Source: Octopus vulgaris (lineage: Eukaryota). From it: DNA of 64,000 bases. Position 1 is the first letter of the stretch. Each line of letters begins with the position of its first letter. The notes under the pieces are model-generated. The model had not been told where the DNA came from and made no database searches. It saw only the letters and a list, made by a program, of their open reading frames with translations. The translations under genes and the position numbers were made by a program. The DNA lies in assembly GCA_951406725.2 (NCBI GenBank), contig OX597833.1, forward strand, positions 67,332,001 through 67,396,000, read 5' to 3'. Positions 42,412 to 55,760 of this stretch are shown here, one piece after another.

Positions 42412-43294
42412 ATATATATTGATATGTATTTATCCAGAGCGATTAGTGAAATGGTGTCACGCTTTTTTCAGTCAATGAAGAAAATAAACTCTTCTAATTA
42501 AACAGAGAGAAAGGCTTTGTTTTCAAGGTAAATTCAAGGCAGAATTTAAAGGGATGAGGTCCCGTGTAGCGGAAACAGAACTACTTCAATTATCTCCCTT
42601 AACTCGAGTAAACACCAGCATTATACTAAATGAACTCTCTTGGACTGAAATGCATATTTTTAGTTGGAAATGTGTGATTTTTCGTATTGTCTTAATTACA
42701 GCGATATTTACAAATGAAGTATGATTCGACTATTGAAATATAATTACCATTATTATGAAGTAATTAAGCACAAAACTAAAATAAGCTTATAGCAAATAAG
42801 AATTCTCAGTCGTTTTAGCATCTGAAGAAATGCATTAATTAAACCATTTGATAGAAAACCTGCTGGAACTTCACTGGTTCTAAAAGATAGTATTTCTGTT
42901 TTGTTGCAACAAAAACTCCATGTGAGTTTCCGTTCCATATTTAGAGATTAACAACGACAATGTTATGCTAAATTCTTAAATGTTTCCAAAATTAATTGAA
43001 ATAAATATTACGTATTTCGTTAGGAATTCATATCCAAAGGGCGGTCGTCACATATTTGGAGGAGAGGAGATGAGAAGATCTACAACAAATACAATATACC
43101 AAGAACATATTTTCTCTTCCTTTTCTAAATATACACGTTACAATATGGCTCCTGTCGAGAATATGAGAAAATAGTGGACAGCTATATTCATATATATTTG
43201 AATTCAAGAAAAATCAACACGGGAAGCCTTTAGCATGGAAAGAGAATGAACTGATACAATAAACACAGATTCTCTCTTCCTCGCACTCCCTCCT

Positions 43295-43334
<40 letters not shown>

Positions 43335-43547
43335 TTTTCTTTTTTCTTCTTTCTTTCTTTCTTTCTGTCTTTCTTTCTTTCTTCTTTCTTTCTTTCTTTA
43401 TTTCTTTTTTATTTATTTCTTTTTCTTTCTTTCTTTCTTTTTTCTTTTTTTCTTTCTTTTTTCTTTCTTTCTTTCTTATTTCTTTCTTTCTTACTTTTTC
43501 TTTCTTTCTTTCTTTTTTCTTTTTTCTTTCTTTCTTTGTTTCCTTTT

Positions 43548-43611
<64 letters not shown>

Positions 43612-44026
43612 TCCTTCTTTCTTTCTTTCTATGTAATTTTCTAATTGTTTTTCTGTCTTTCAAAAGTAAAAAAAAAAAGAGAACAGTCAAGTATATTTTT
43701 ATAGTTTTACAAGTTCTGTAACTCCTCTGTGAATCGTCACTCTTTTAATTAAAATTCAAAAGAAAATCATGTCTATCGTAATTCGGATAATCAGCGACAG
43801 TGAACTGAGGTGATCCAGCTGAGAAAGAATTACTTATTGTGGTTTGGAAGATGTTTATTTATTTTTCATGTTTATTTTTTTTTCTCAATTCGCAGAAAAT
43901 ACTGAAATTAAATATTGCAACAGGATTTTTAAAAAAACCATAATGAAGTAAATTGTGCACCGAGAAAGTAAATATACTCCAACAATGATGTAGGATGAAC
44001 GGATGATATCTGATGGCAAACTGACG

Positions 44027-44100
<74 letters not shown>

Positions 44101-44104
<4 letters not shown>

Positions 44105-44214
44105 AATCGTCCAATTGAGATCACGTGGATGGGAAAGGCGCGATCCAGAGAGGAGTGGACAGCGTGCTGTGACCAGCGGTTTCAAATGGACGCTCGACGG
44201 ACTTGTCAGTCAAG

Positions 44215-44218
<4 letters not shown>
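44101..44218 (+). mobile_element. Possible RTE-type LINE 3' terminal fragment between (TA)n runs
   Basis: The peptide TWMGKARSREEW fits the W...A.xR..W end motif. The fragment is short. Confidence 0.35.
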
Positions 44219-44267
<49 letters not shown>

Positions 44268-44320
44268 GATGAAAGAGAGAGATAGCAACACGCACACTCA
44301 AAAACACACACACACATATA

Positions 44321-44636
44321 TACGAGGAGGTGCCCAAAAATGAGCACAAACGTTCTCCATTAGGAAAAACCCTACGTAGTTCAGGTTTCCGCAGCTAGAA
44401 GCCACTTGATGCGACCCTTACGCACCAGTCTAACGATCACCGTCATAGATTGTGGTCGTACTGCAACGTGGTGTGTCTATATTTTGTAGTACTTCTACCT
44501 GTTCGCCGATTTATGCGATAGCTGAAACGAGGAAACAGCGTACCTCCGTGAAATTCTGTTTTCTGATGGGGAAAACGGCGGCCGAATCATGTGTCATGCT
44601 TCAAACAGCATATAAGGATGTTGCACCGAGGAAGTG
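44321..44636 (+). pseudogene. mariner 5' end relic (TIR-like start + N-terminal HTH)
   Basis: TACGAGG.. start after TA. The peptide QRTSVKFCFLMGKTAAESCVMLQTAYKD resembles mariner transposase N-termini. Confidence 0.75.
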
Positions 44637-44822
44637 AAATTACACAGAAACCACTGGTCTGCGGGAATTGCTAACGTTAAAGCGGGGAGCATAAGCTTCC
44701 TTGCTCACAGTATATAGACACAGATGATGTGTCGGTAGCCAGCTGGAAAAAATCTTTTCCCTGGGCTAAACAGTAGTAACATCGTCCCTAGCAGGGCTGC
44801 AACTTTACGTTGGCAAATAGAA

Positions 44823-44860
<38 letters not shown>

Positions 44861-44890
44861 TTGAGTTGTGGGGTATCGCACGAGTGGGAT

Positions 44891-45593
44891 TATATATGAA
44901 AAAAGGTTTGAAAATGCAATTTAAACGATGTTTATTTACTTAACCGGTTTCACTCTTTGTTAAAAAGATTGTCAAAAGTAACATTGAATATTATGGGTTC
45001 AAAAAAGTTTTTTACATAATTGTCACATTGAATATTATGAATTCAAAAATGTTTTTTTATACATAATTGTCACATTACATGTATAAATATAGTATAAAAA
45101 AGTTCAATAGTGTGATGAGAATATTTGGAAAAATTGGCAGAAAAGAATAAAACAAATATATTATTGGAAATTTGGTTGCGTTAATTATTGGTTGTCGCAA
45201 ATTGTCACATTACATGTATATATATACAGTCTTTGGTAGAAATGACATGTTAAAGACATAAGGAAGTGTAATAGTTTGGTGAGAAAGCTTGTAATATTGA
45301 CAGAGAAAATTAAAATGGATATTTTAGACATCTCAGAATATTTTGAATCGAAGGCGAGAATTTGTTTTTTACTGACCTGTTTGTTTTAGCAGAAAAGTTG
45401 AATTGAGAGAAAAAAAGATATGTACCCAATTTGGTTTATACTTCCCCTTCAAGCATCAGTGACTTTGGGGTTATTGGGAGGTGAGTATGCGGGTGTGAAT
45501 AGATGTGTCCGTGTGCCTGCTGGTCAGACAGCGTCTGTTTGTCACACACATATATACACACACACACACAACAACATACACACACACACATAG

Positions 45594-45654
<61 letters not shown>

Positions 45655-45744
45655 CGCACCCACATATATAATATATACACACAGCACACAAATATAACAT
45701 GTATTTATATATAATATACACACATATATAAAACATACACACAC

Positions 45745-45794
<50 letters not shown>

Positions 45795-46944
45795 TATATA
45801 CATAATATAAATATCACACAAATACACCTAGCATATATATACACATACAATACACATACACAGCATGTATATAATACACATACACAGTATATGCATGCAA
45901 TATACATACGCAATACATACATATAATATATATATATATAGACAATGCATATACATATATACATATATACATATAAATAGTGTTTACATACACATACATA
46001 GATATACCACATATACACACAATATACATACATACAATGCATACACATACACGTACGCATACATATAAAATATATAGACACACACACACATAACATACAT
46101 ACACAATGCATACATATATATACACGCAACGTATATACATGTATTCATGTATATATACACACTTACAATATACATATATACAATGCACACATACACACAT
46201 ATATACACTTAATTGTACACATACATATACAATACACATACATACAATATACATATACACAATGCGCATGCAAATAATGCACATGTTTATACACCCATAT
46301 ACATGAAAATATATATACACACACACACATACACACACACATATATATATATACACATATATATATATATATACACATATACATACATACATACATGCAC
46401 ATACATATATTTTTTCACACACATACACACACATATATATATAAAATTCACACACACACCCACACACACAAAATACAAACCTATAGTGTACACACTCAAA
46501 TATATCTCTACATACCGCACACACACACAAACAATGTACTCACATATACACACATACCATGCATATACACACACAGCACACACACATATATATATATATA
46601 TATATAAACAAATACACATGTAAATACATACACTCGTACACAATGCTCACACACACACACATACACACACACACGCACACAGTGCACACACACACACATA
46701 TATACACACGTGCACACACACACACAACGCGCGCACACACACACACATACACACACGCACACAGTGCACACACACACACACACATAAAAACACACGCGCA
46801 CACACACACACACAACGTGCACACTCACACACACACACACAACACTCACACACATACATAACCTACATATATATAATGCATGCGTGTGCGTGCCACGTAT
46901 GTGTGCGGTCAATGCCCGCTAGTGTGTCCTATGCGTGCCGATGC
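44891..46944 (-). repeat. PLE 3' pseudo-LTR (left arm of ~2.05 kb inverted repeat)
   Basis: Reverse complement matches 49056-51114 almost base for base, including the ~1.3 kb cryptic CA/TA tract. Mirrored ORF translations appear in the ORF track. Confidence 0.95.
44936..44981 (-). ncRNA. Type I hammerhead ribozyme-like motif, U3-A8 core variant, PLE sense strand
   Basis: TTACTT-TTGACAA-TCTTT ttaac AAAGA gt-GAAA-CCGGT-T-AAGTAA: 6-bp stem I, 5-bp stem II and palindromic ACCGGT stem III. Confidence 0.7.
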
Positions 46945-47027
46945 GCGCATGTGCCCACCCGCACGATATGCTGTGAGTGTGCGCGTGCCCCTGTGTGCCT
47001 GCTCTGGATGTGTGCCCAGGGGGTATG

Positions 47028-49124
47028 TTAGAGTATGTTTAGTTGTGGTCTGTATTTTTGAATAAGATTACTTTCCTTATTTATTCGTGTTTGGTCTGTG
47101 GTGTTGTCCGAGCATTGGTATAGTGGGAAGACTAAGAATTTGGGGGACTTATTGTGTGCACAAAGGTCTAAGTGTCCACTTAGTGGTATCTGTCTTGTGG
47201 AGGGGTCCCTCAGTTGTTGTCGGTGAACTGTCATTCTTTCTCTGAGGGTAAGGCTCGTTTGCCCTATGTAGTCTTCGTGGCATCCTTCACACCTTATGAC
47301 GTAGAGTAAATTTTTTGATGCGCACGTGAAATTATTTTTTATGATGAATGTGTGTCCCGAGTGGAACTTGTACGACGATCCCTCAATGAGGTGGATGCAG
47401 GTCTTGCAATTGGGGCGACCACATTTTTTGATGGTGGGCGGTGGGTTTGTGTTGTGTAATTTTGCGTTGGTGAGGAGGTTTTTTAGGGATTTAGGTTGTC
47501 TCTTACTTTTTATTATTTTATGAGCTGCCAGTATTTTTTTCAGGCGTGGGTCTTGATTTAGTTGTGGAATGTTGTTGTATATAATAGTGTAAGCTTCTGC
47601 ATTCCTTGGGTTGTGTGTTGAGAGATAGGGGAGGCTATTTACTGAACTGTGGATGTGTTTGGGTTTTCGTAGGTCTTGAATGTTGATTGATTTGGCCCGT
47701 TCTATTCCGTTGTCTACTAGTGATGCCGGGTAATGTCTTTCGAGAAGAATTGCCCTTAGTTCCCGGAGTCTTCTATTTCGTGTTGTGTCATTTGAGACAA
47801 TAGTGCAGATTCTTCTCGCTAGGTTGAAGGGGATATTTGTCTTTGTGTGTTTTGGGTGATTGGAGGTGAATAGAAGGTATTGTTTAGAGTCAGTGGGTTT
47901 GTAATGGATGTCAGTTTCAATGTTGACGCCTTTTTTAATGATTAGGATGTCAAGAAAAGGGAGTTGGTCCTGACTATATTCCATTGTGAATTGAATGTTG
48001 TTATTAACACTGTTGATAAGGTTTTTGAAGTCTTTAAGTTGGTCGAGTGTGTGGGACCATAGGATGAGGCAATCATCTAAGTAGCGTTTCCAGTTCTCCA
48101 ACAGGTATTTGTGGAAAGACTGGCCGTACTTATATTTGGATTTTTCATAGATATGTGATTCCAGGTAGGCCATCACCAGGTTTGCATAGGTAGGTGCAAC
48201 TTTCGTACCCATTGCAGTTCCTGAGACCTGTCTGTAAGTGTTGTTGTGGAAATACATGAAGTTGTTTTGCAGAATAAATTTGAGGCCCTCAATTATGAAT
48301 TCTTTTTTAATTCTTTCCGGGATCTCATTGGGATATTTATCCAGCCAGAATTTAATGGCTTCCAGTCCATATTCATGTGGGATTGTGGTGTAAAGATTAA
48401 TAACATCAAAAGAAACGATTAAGGTGTCTTTATCGGCATGTTTGGGGAGATGATTTAATAGGTCCAGGTCATCTCTTACAATACTTGGAATGTGTTTCAG
48501 TATTGGCTTTAAGATGATATCTATAAAGTTGCTAAGTCTGTGTGTTTCACAACTTGGGCCTGCCACTATTGGTCTCAGTTTGAGATCAGTGGGATGTGGT
48601 ATAGTGATGCAGGTTGAAGTGGACTTTTTGCAAGCTTCTGTGATAATTTGACTCTTGTGTATTTTTGGAAGCCCATAGAGTGTGCTGGTTTTGCAATTAA
48701 ATTTAGTAATGTAGTCGCATTCCTTTGCTGTCAAGTCATTCCGGTGTTGGTAAATGAGTGCCTTCAGTTTGGTCATTGTTTTGGATTGCTGGTAGTCGAC
48801 TACTCTCTCATAGTATGTGGTATCCTCTAAAAGGAGAGATACAGAGTTTTTATATTGTTCAGTATTCATAACAACGACCGTACTACCCTTATCAGCTTCC
48901 TTTATTGTGACGTTATGATTGTCTCGTAGCGTATGTATGATTTCCCATTCTCTTTTACTGGTGTTGGGTTTGAGTTTAGGTTGTGGGAGTTCACCATAAG
49001 GGAAGTTTGAGATGTAATCGCAAAATTTGTCTAAGGTTTTGTTTTTGCCTTTTATGCATCGGCACGCATAGGACACACTAGCGGGCATTGACCGCACACA
49101 TACGTGGCACGCACACGCATGCAT
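47028..49124 (-). CDS. Penelope-like element polyprotein (reverse transcriptase + C-terminal GIY-YIG endonuclease), 5'-truncated; first ~23 codons come from the inverted arm
   Basis: 698-aa stop-free frame with PLE RT motifs IKEADKG, LYGLPKIHK, LRPIV, SFDVINLYT, GTAMG..APTYANL, WKRYLDD (YLDD at 48072-48083), LPFLD and KPT..YL..S.HP. Cys-rich linker CGRPNCKTC, then GIY-YIG-type LLYVIRCEGCHEDYIGQT..LRERMTVH..H..E..LN. The Cys linker suggests a Neptune-like lineage. Confidence 0.95.
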   Translation of the reverse strand: MHACACHVCVRSMPASVSYACRCIKGKNKTLDKFCDYISNFPYGELPQPKLKPNTSKREWEIIHTLRDNHNVTIKEADKGSTVVVMNTEQYKNSVSLLLEDTTYYERVVDYQQSKTMTKLKALIYQHRNDLTAKECDYITKFNCKTSTLYGLPKIHKSQIITEACKKSTSTCITIPHPTDLKLRPIVAGPSCETHRLSNFIDIILKPILKHIPSIVRDDLDLLNHLPKHADKDTLIVSFDVINLYTTIPHEYGLEAIKFWLDKYPNEIPERIKKEFIIEGLKFILQNNFMYFHNNTYRQVSGTAMGTKVAPTYANLVMAYLESHIYEKSKYKYGQSFHKYLLENWKRYLDDCLILWSHTLDQLKDFKNLINSVNNNIQFTMEYSQDQLPFLDILIIKKGVNIETDIHYKPTDSKQYLLFTSNHPKHTKTNIPFNLARRICTIVSNDTTRNRRLRELRAILLERHYPASLVDNGIERAKSINIQDLRKPKHIHSSVNSLPYLSTHNPRNAEAYTIIYNNIPQLNQDPRLKKILAAHKIIKSKRQPKSLKNLLTNAKLHNTNPPPTIKKCGRPNCKTCIHLIEGSSYKFHSGHTFIIKNNFTCASKNLLYVIRCEGCHEDYIGQTSLTLRERMTVHRQQLRDPSTRQIPLSGHLDLCAHNKSPKFLVFPLYQCSDNTTDQTRINKESNLIQKYRPQLNIL

Positions 49125-49309
49125 TATATATATGTAGGTTATGTATGTGTGTGAGTGTTGTGTGTGTGTGTGTGAGTGTGCACGTTGTGTGTGTGTGTGT
49201 GCGCGTGTGTTTATGTGTGTGTGTGTGTGTGCACTGTGTGCGTGTGTGTATGTGTGTGTGTGTGCGCGCGTTGTGTGTGTGTGTGCACGTGTGTATGTGT
49301 GTGTGTGTG

Positions 49310-49346
<37 letters not shown>

Positions 49347-49387
49347 AGCATTGTGTACGAGTGTATGTATTTACATGTGTATTTGTT

Positions 49388-49419
<32 letters not shown>

Positions 49420-50214
49420 CTGTGTGTGTGTATGCATGGTATGTGTGTATATGTGAGTACATGGTTTGTGTGTGTGTGCGGTATGTAGAGATATATTTGA
49501 GTGTGTACACTATAGGTTTGTATTTTGTGTGTGTGGGTGTGTGTGTGAATTTTATATATATATGTGTGTGTATGTGTGTGAAAAAATATATGTATGTGCA
49601 TGTATGTATGTATGTATATGTGTATATATATATATATATGTGTATATATATATATGTGTGTGTGTATGTGTGTGTGTGTATATATATTTTCATGTATATG
49701 GGTGTATAAACATGTGCATTATTTGCATGCGCATTGTGTATATGTATATTGTATGTATGTGTATTGTATATGTATGTGTACAATTAAGTGTATATATGTG
49801 TGTATGTGTGCATTGTATATATGTATATTGTAAGTGTGCTATATATACATGAATACATGTATATACGTTGCGTGTATATATATGTATGCATTGTGTATGT
49901 ATGTTATGTGTGTGTGTGTCTATATATTTTATATGTATGCGTACGTGTATGTGTATGCATTGTATGTATGTATATTGTGTGTATATGTGGTATATCTATG
50001 TATGTGTATGTAAACACTATTTATATGTATATATGTATATATGTATATGCATTGTCTATATATATATATATTATATGTATGTATTGCGTATGTATATTGC
50101 ATGCATATACTGTGTATGTGTATTATATACATGCTGTGTATGTGTATTGTATGTGCATATATATGCTAGGTGTATTTGTGTGATATTTATATTATGTATA
50201 TATGTGTGCGTGTG

Positions 50215-50270
<56 letters not shown>

Positions 50271-51103
50271 TTTATATATGTGTGTATATTATATATAAAT
50301 ACATGTTATATTTGTGTGCTGTGTGTATATATTATATATGTGGGTGCGTGTGTGTGTGTGTGTGTGTCTGTGTGTGTGTGTGTTGTGTGTATGTGGTGTG
50401 TGTGTGTATACTATGTGTGTGTGTGTGTATTGTTGTTGTGTGTGTGTGTATATATGTGTGTGACAAACAGACGCTGTCTGACCAGCAGGCACACGGACAC
50501 ATCTATTCACACCCGCATACTCACCTCCCAATAACCCCAAAGTCACTGATGCTTGAAGGGGAAGTATAAACCAAATTGGGTACATATCTTTTTTTCTCTC
50601 AATTCAACTTTTCTGCTAAAACAAACAGGTCAGTAAAAACAAATTCTCGCCTTCGATTCAAAATATTCTGAGATGTCTAAAATATCCATTTTAATTTTCT
50701 CTGTCAATATTACAAGCTTTCTCACCAAACTATTACACTTCCTTATGTCTTTAACATGTCATTTCTACCAAAGACTGTATATATATACATGTAATGTGAC
50801 AATTTGCGACAACCAATAATTAACGCAACCAAATTTCCAATAATATATTTGTTTTATTCTTTTCTGCCAATTTTTCCAAATATTCTCATCACACTATTGA
50901 ACTTTTTTATACTATATTTATACATGTAATGTGACAATTATGTATAAAAAAACATTTTTGAATTCATAATATTCAATGTGACAATTATGTAAAAAACTTT
51001 TTTTGAACCCATAATATTCAATGTTACTTTTGACAATCTTTTTAACAAAGAGTGAAACCGGTTAAGTAAATAAACATCGTTTAAATTGCATTTTCAAACC
51101 TTT

Positions 51104-51114
<11 letters not shown>
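49056..51114 (+). repeat. Inverted copy of PLE pseudo-LTR (right arm)
   Basis: Mirror of 44891-46944, joined directly to the truncated RT ORF at 49055/49056. Confidence 0.95.
51024..51069 (+). ncRNA. Same hammerhead-like motif in the inverted arm
   Basis: Exact reverse-complement copy of 44936-44981. Confidence 0.7.
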
Positions 51115-51138
<24 letters not shown>

Positions 51139-51181
51139 TAAAAAAATGGAGTTAATTGTTAACAAGGTAAAAATACACTCA

Positions 51182-51214
<33 letters not shown>

Positions 51215-51905
51215 GCATTTGGACATATATATACATACATACACAGAAGCGCATGGACATATAGGTGTATATATATTCAGCGACAAAGCGTGTCTATAAC
51301 GTCCATGCATAATATCTTGCATATCGGATTATGGCTGACTTATGAACCACAATAAATAGAAGAAAATAATTCTCGCGTATTTCTCTGAAGATGTTACACA
51401 GCAGTATCTACAAATTGTCTTCGTGTTAATAAATTCATCAAAGCATTTCAAATTCCCTCTGCTAATCTATTATTTATCAGCGATATCTGATACACGCTGT
51501 TTATGCCGTTCCATTTTGTCCTTTCAAACACCAGCGACCCAATGCATACGAAAGAAATCTTATATGCTCTTAAAGGCACGTCTCTAAATATTGTATACAT
51601 TCAATAGACAATGTAGCTATTTGCGATGCAAGATTTTGCTGTGTTAGAGGCGAGCCTAACACGTGTCTGTTTATGACATTCACAGCAACCTCAGTCTTAT
51701 ACGATAATGGTAGAGATGCTCATTAGGAAATATTGACCAAACACACACAGTATGAAATCCACGATATTTTACGAGAAAGGCCGCTATCTTCTTTTCTCTT
51801 CAGAACATAATATTATCTCCTCAAATATTGGGTCAACTACTTATCATATACTTCTACAACGGCACGCTCACATACACGGATCTATCTATCTATTCATCTA
51901 TCTAT

Positions 51906-52055
<150 letters not shown>

Positions 52056-52208
52056 ATCTATTTGGCTCTCTAATTATCTATCAATCTATCTATCTATCAC
52101 CATTTCTCTTTCGCTTTCTCTTTATACTTCTCTATCCCCCCTGTCGCCCCTCTCTGCATATTTCTGTAAGTCTCTCTCTCTCTCCTTTTCTCTCTCTCCA
52201 TATATATC

Positions 52209-52259
<51 letters not shown>

Positions 52260-52374
52260 ACACATTAATATATACATTATGTATTTGTTAGAGCAGGCTG
52301 GAAGCTGACAGGGAACAGTGTGTGTGTGTGTGTGTGCGCATGTGTGTATATATATATAGATAGATAGATGTATG

Positions 52375-52414
<40 letters not shown>

Positions 52415-52415
52415 T

Positions 52416-52480
<65 letters not shown>

Positions 52481-52675
52481 CTCATATTTAAGCTTGAATA
52501 ACCTAGGTATCTGTTGGAAGCCTTCGGTATTGTAGTTGTATAGGTATATATGAATGATTTTGAACCACTACTACTACTACTGCTGCTGCTGCTGCTACAA
52601 CAACAACTACTACTACTACTACTGCAGATGCTGCTGCTGCAACTACTACTACTACTACGACTACCACTGCTACTA

Positions 52676-52713
<38 letters not shown>

Positions 52714-53283
52714 ACTACTACTACCCCTATAAATAATAAGAAGAAGAAAAAGAAGGAGAAGAAGAATAAGAATAAGATGGAGAAGAAGAAAAGGAAGATG
52801 AAGAAGATGAAGGGGAAGAAGAAGAAGAAGAAGAAGAAGAAGAAGAAGAAGAAGAAGAAGAAGAAGAAGAAGAAGAAGAAGAAGAAGAAGAAGAAGAAGC
52901 ATGATATCAATAATACCAAGATGCTTACCTCTCATTGGATTGTTTTACGTCCAGACGTCACGAACAAGTTGACCTTTAACAATAGACACCGCCAAGCTGG
53001 TATCTAATTAATCTCATGGTTATGTCAATAACGCAAAGAAAAACCGACACATTTAATAATTAATTTCTCAAACACACATTGTATACGCAAATTCACATAC
53101 AGAAATTCATCTCCTGTCTCACTAGCTAATGGTGTAAGGAGTCTCTCTACGAGTTTGTTAGAAATAGCAGCCAAATCTTTCTGCTCAAGTCACATATATT
53201 TTTTCCTCTCCTTTTTTTCTCTCTCCTTGTTTCTCTCTTTTTTTTCTCTCCTTGTTTCTCCCCTTGTTTCTTTTCTGTGTATA

Positions 53284-53317
53284 TTTCTGTTGAAGAGCGT
53301 AGGCTCGAAACGTAAAA
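53284..53317 (+). ncRNA. Hammerhead-like motif (CUGUUGA core)
   Basis: TTT-CTGTTGA-a GAGC gtag GCTC-GAAA-CGT-A-AAA. Confidence 0.5.
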
Positions 53318-53800
53318 GACTTTTTCTATTCCTGAGCGTATGTATGGAGATGAAAATTTTGATCCTCACGCATGCGAAACAGCTTGGCCAGTTTTGCTCG
53401 CGAATTAGTTTTCTCCCTCAGACACCTCTGGATCTGGACGACCAATTTTTGTGAATACGGAGCTTCAGAGATCTGTAGTCGGAGACACTTGGAAGTAGAC
53501 TGCATGGGGATTAGGAAAAGAAGTTCAATTAAAGCGACATGTCTATAACAAAAATACCTTCATGTTGTAAGACCCTCTAAACTTAATCGTTTCCCACCGA
53601 AATGAAAGATATGACCTCTACTTCTCATTTAGTTGTTTGCTTGTTCCTGGATAGAATCGTGACAAGAGATGCAAAGTCAGTTTTCTATAATGATATCCAT
53701 TATTTGATTGTTTCTGCATTTTACCGTCCACAAAGTGATGAAATTGAATGTTGATCTCCGTAAGATTTGAACTTAATATGTAAAGATACGGAAATATATG

Positions 53801-54023
53801 TAATTATTTACTACCCACAAATGGCTAAACATAGAGGGGATAAACAAGGACAGACAAACGGATTAAGTCGATTACATCGACCCCAGTGCGAAACTGGTAC
53901 TTTATTTATCGACCCCGAAATGATGAACGGCAAAGTCGAATATGAACTCAGAACGTAACGAGAGACGAAATACCACTAAGCATTTCGCCCGGCGCGCTAA
54001 CGTTTTTGCCAGCTCGCCGTCTT
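53801..54023 (-). mobile_element. SINE family B with 24-bp target-site duplication
   Basis: TATGTAAAGATACGGAAATATATG at 53777-53800 and 54024-54047. Confidence 0.9.
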
Positions 54024-55672
54024 TATGTAAAGATACGGAAATATATGGCGAATAATTTTGTCCGTCCGATGCTCTATCGATTCTGCTTGCTCATCACCTT
54101 AATTAAAGGAGAGAATTATACAATTTGTTATTTGCATTTTGTCACGCGATTAAGCAGCTGCCCTTGTTGCCATTGGTGCTTTTCTTGCTGTTCAGCATCG
54201 TGTCGGTCCTGATTGAGCAGATATTCCATGCATGACCGTTACTTGTTATTATTTTCATTTTTACTCCTAATATACAACAGACTACATTATCCAAAATGGC
54301 TCCGATTAATTTTCAGCTGTGAGGGACTAATCGCAACAAGATTAATTTTCTATTTGAAAAGGAATCAGCAACGACGTAGAGACTCCACCGTAGAATTTAA
54401 CCGATAGGGTAAATGGAAGCCATTTTTCAATAATCCTCCATTATAAACGCGTAGAAAAAAGAAAAACGAAATATTATAAAAAAAAGTGACGAAGAAATAA
54501 TGTTTGAAAGAAAAGAAATGAAAATTTTTTTTTTACGCACATTCAAGATTTATGTAAAACAATTGGTAATAATATTATGCAGAAACTACGAACATTTCAC
54601 AAATGATATGAAGAAGACATCAACAATAAAAAGAGAACTGTGCAATCTGGAGTGTTTATGTCTAAGCTAAAAATGCCCGGTTTCCAATTAAACAAGTATT
54701 TATCACGGATTGGGCGTCGAAAATTCAGAGATTGGTATTGTGAAATACTGCAAAACAAAGGACTATTTTTGAAGTGATATTATCATTAAAACATATATAA
54801 TTTGAAATAGCAAATTTTGTGATTTGGTGACAATGTGATCGCAGAAATAGAATGATAAATGATACGTAGATTGTGTAATTCTTGTAAAACCGAATATACA
54901 ACTAATGTTGTATTCATGAAGAGAGAAAAAAACAGATGCAACACAGACACATATGCTCGCGCACACATCCCCATATACACATGTACACACACACGCAATC
55001 TCTCTCCCGTGCTCTCACACACACACTTACGCACTCATATATATACTCAAGCATTCACACATTTTTATCATGCATTATTTGTAACATATGTGTGTGTGCG
55101 CACGCAGCTGGCTTCGTGGTTAGTGATGTACGGCTCACGATACTTAAATACTGAGTTTGATACCTATTTCTTTACTACCCACAAGGGGTTAAACACAGAA
55201 GGGACAAACAAGGACAGATAAACGGATTAAGTCGATTATATCGACGCCAGTGCATAACTGGTACTTAATTTATCGACCCCGAAAGGATGAAAGGCAAAGT
55301 CGACCTCGGCGGAATTTGAACTCAGAACGTAGCGGCAGACGAAATACCGCAAAGCACTTCGTCCGGCGTGCTAACGATTCTGCCACCTGACGAAGCGTTG
55401 TATTTCGTTCAGAAAGACACTTTATTTTACATTGGTCCTGTACTATCAGCTAGCAAATACGAATAGTACTTGTATTTCAAAGGACCGGCCTTGTCAAATT
55501 CTGTGTAACGTTGAATCTCCCTGAGAACTACTTTAAAGATTACGTGTGTCTGTGGAATACTCGGCCACTTGCACTAGAGTTTCATGAGAGTTCGTTCCGC
55601 AGGAGTGCAAGTAATGTGTGGATAGAGACGCTGAGATGTGCCAAAATATGAAACCATATTAACTACATAATG

Positions 55673-55760
<88 letters not shown>

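Larger units (their letters stand above)
44854..51114 (-). mobile_element. Penelope-like retroelement with inverted pseudo-LTR at its 5' end, inserted in (TA)n
   Basis: ORF above, flanked by inverted arms 44891-46944 and 49056-51114, plus a 37-bp 3' extension (44854-44890). (TA)n runs lie on both outer sides. Confidence 0.9.

Noticed and set aside
47326-48830. Short plus-strand ORFs opposite the RT
   Set aside because: Antisense shadows of the PLE ORF with no recognisable motifs.
44891-51114. DNA transposon/Polinton TIRs or LTR retrotransposon
   Set aside because: The enclosed protein is PLE RT + GIY-YIG, with no transposase, integrase or gag. The arms are asymmetric pLTR copies with hammerheads.
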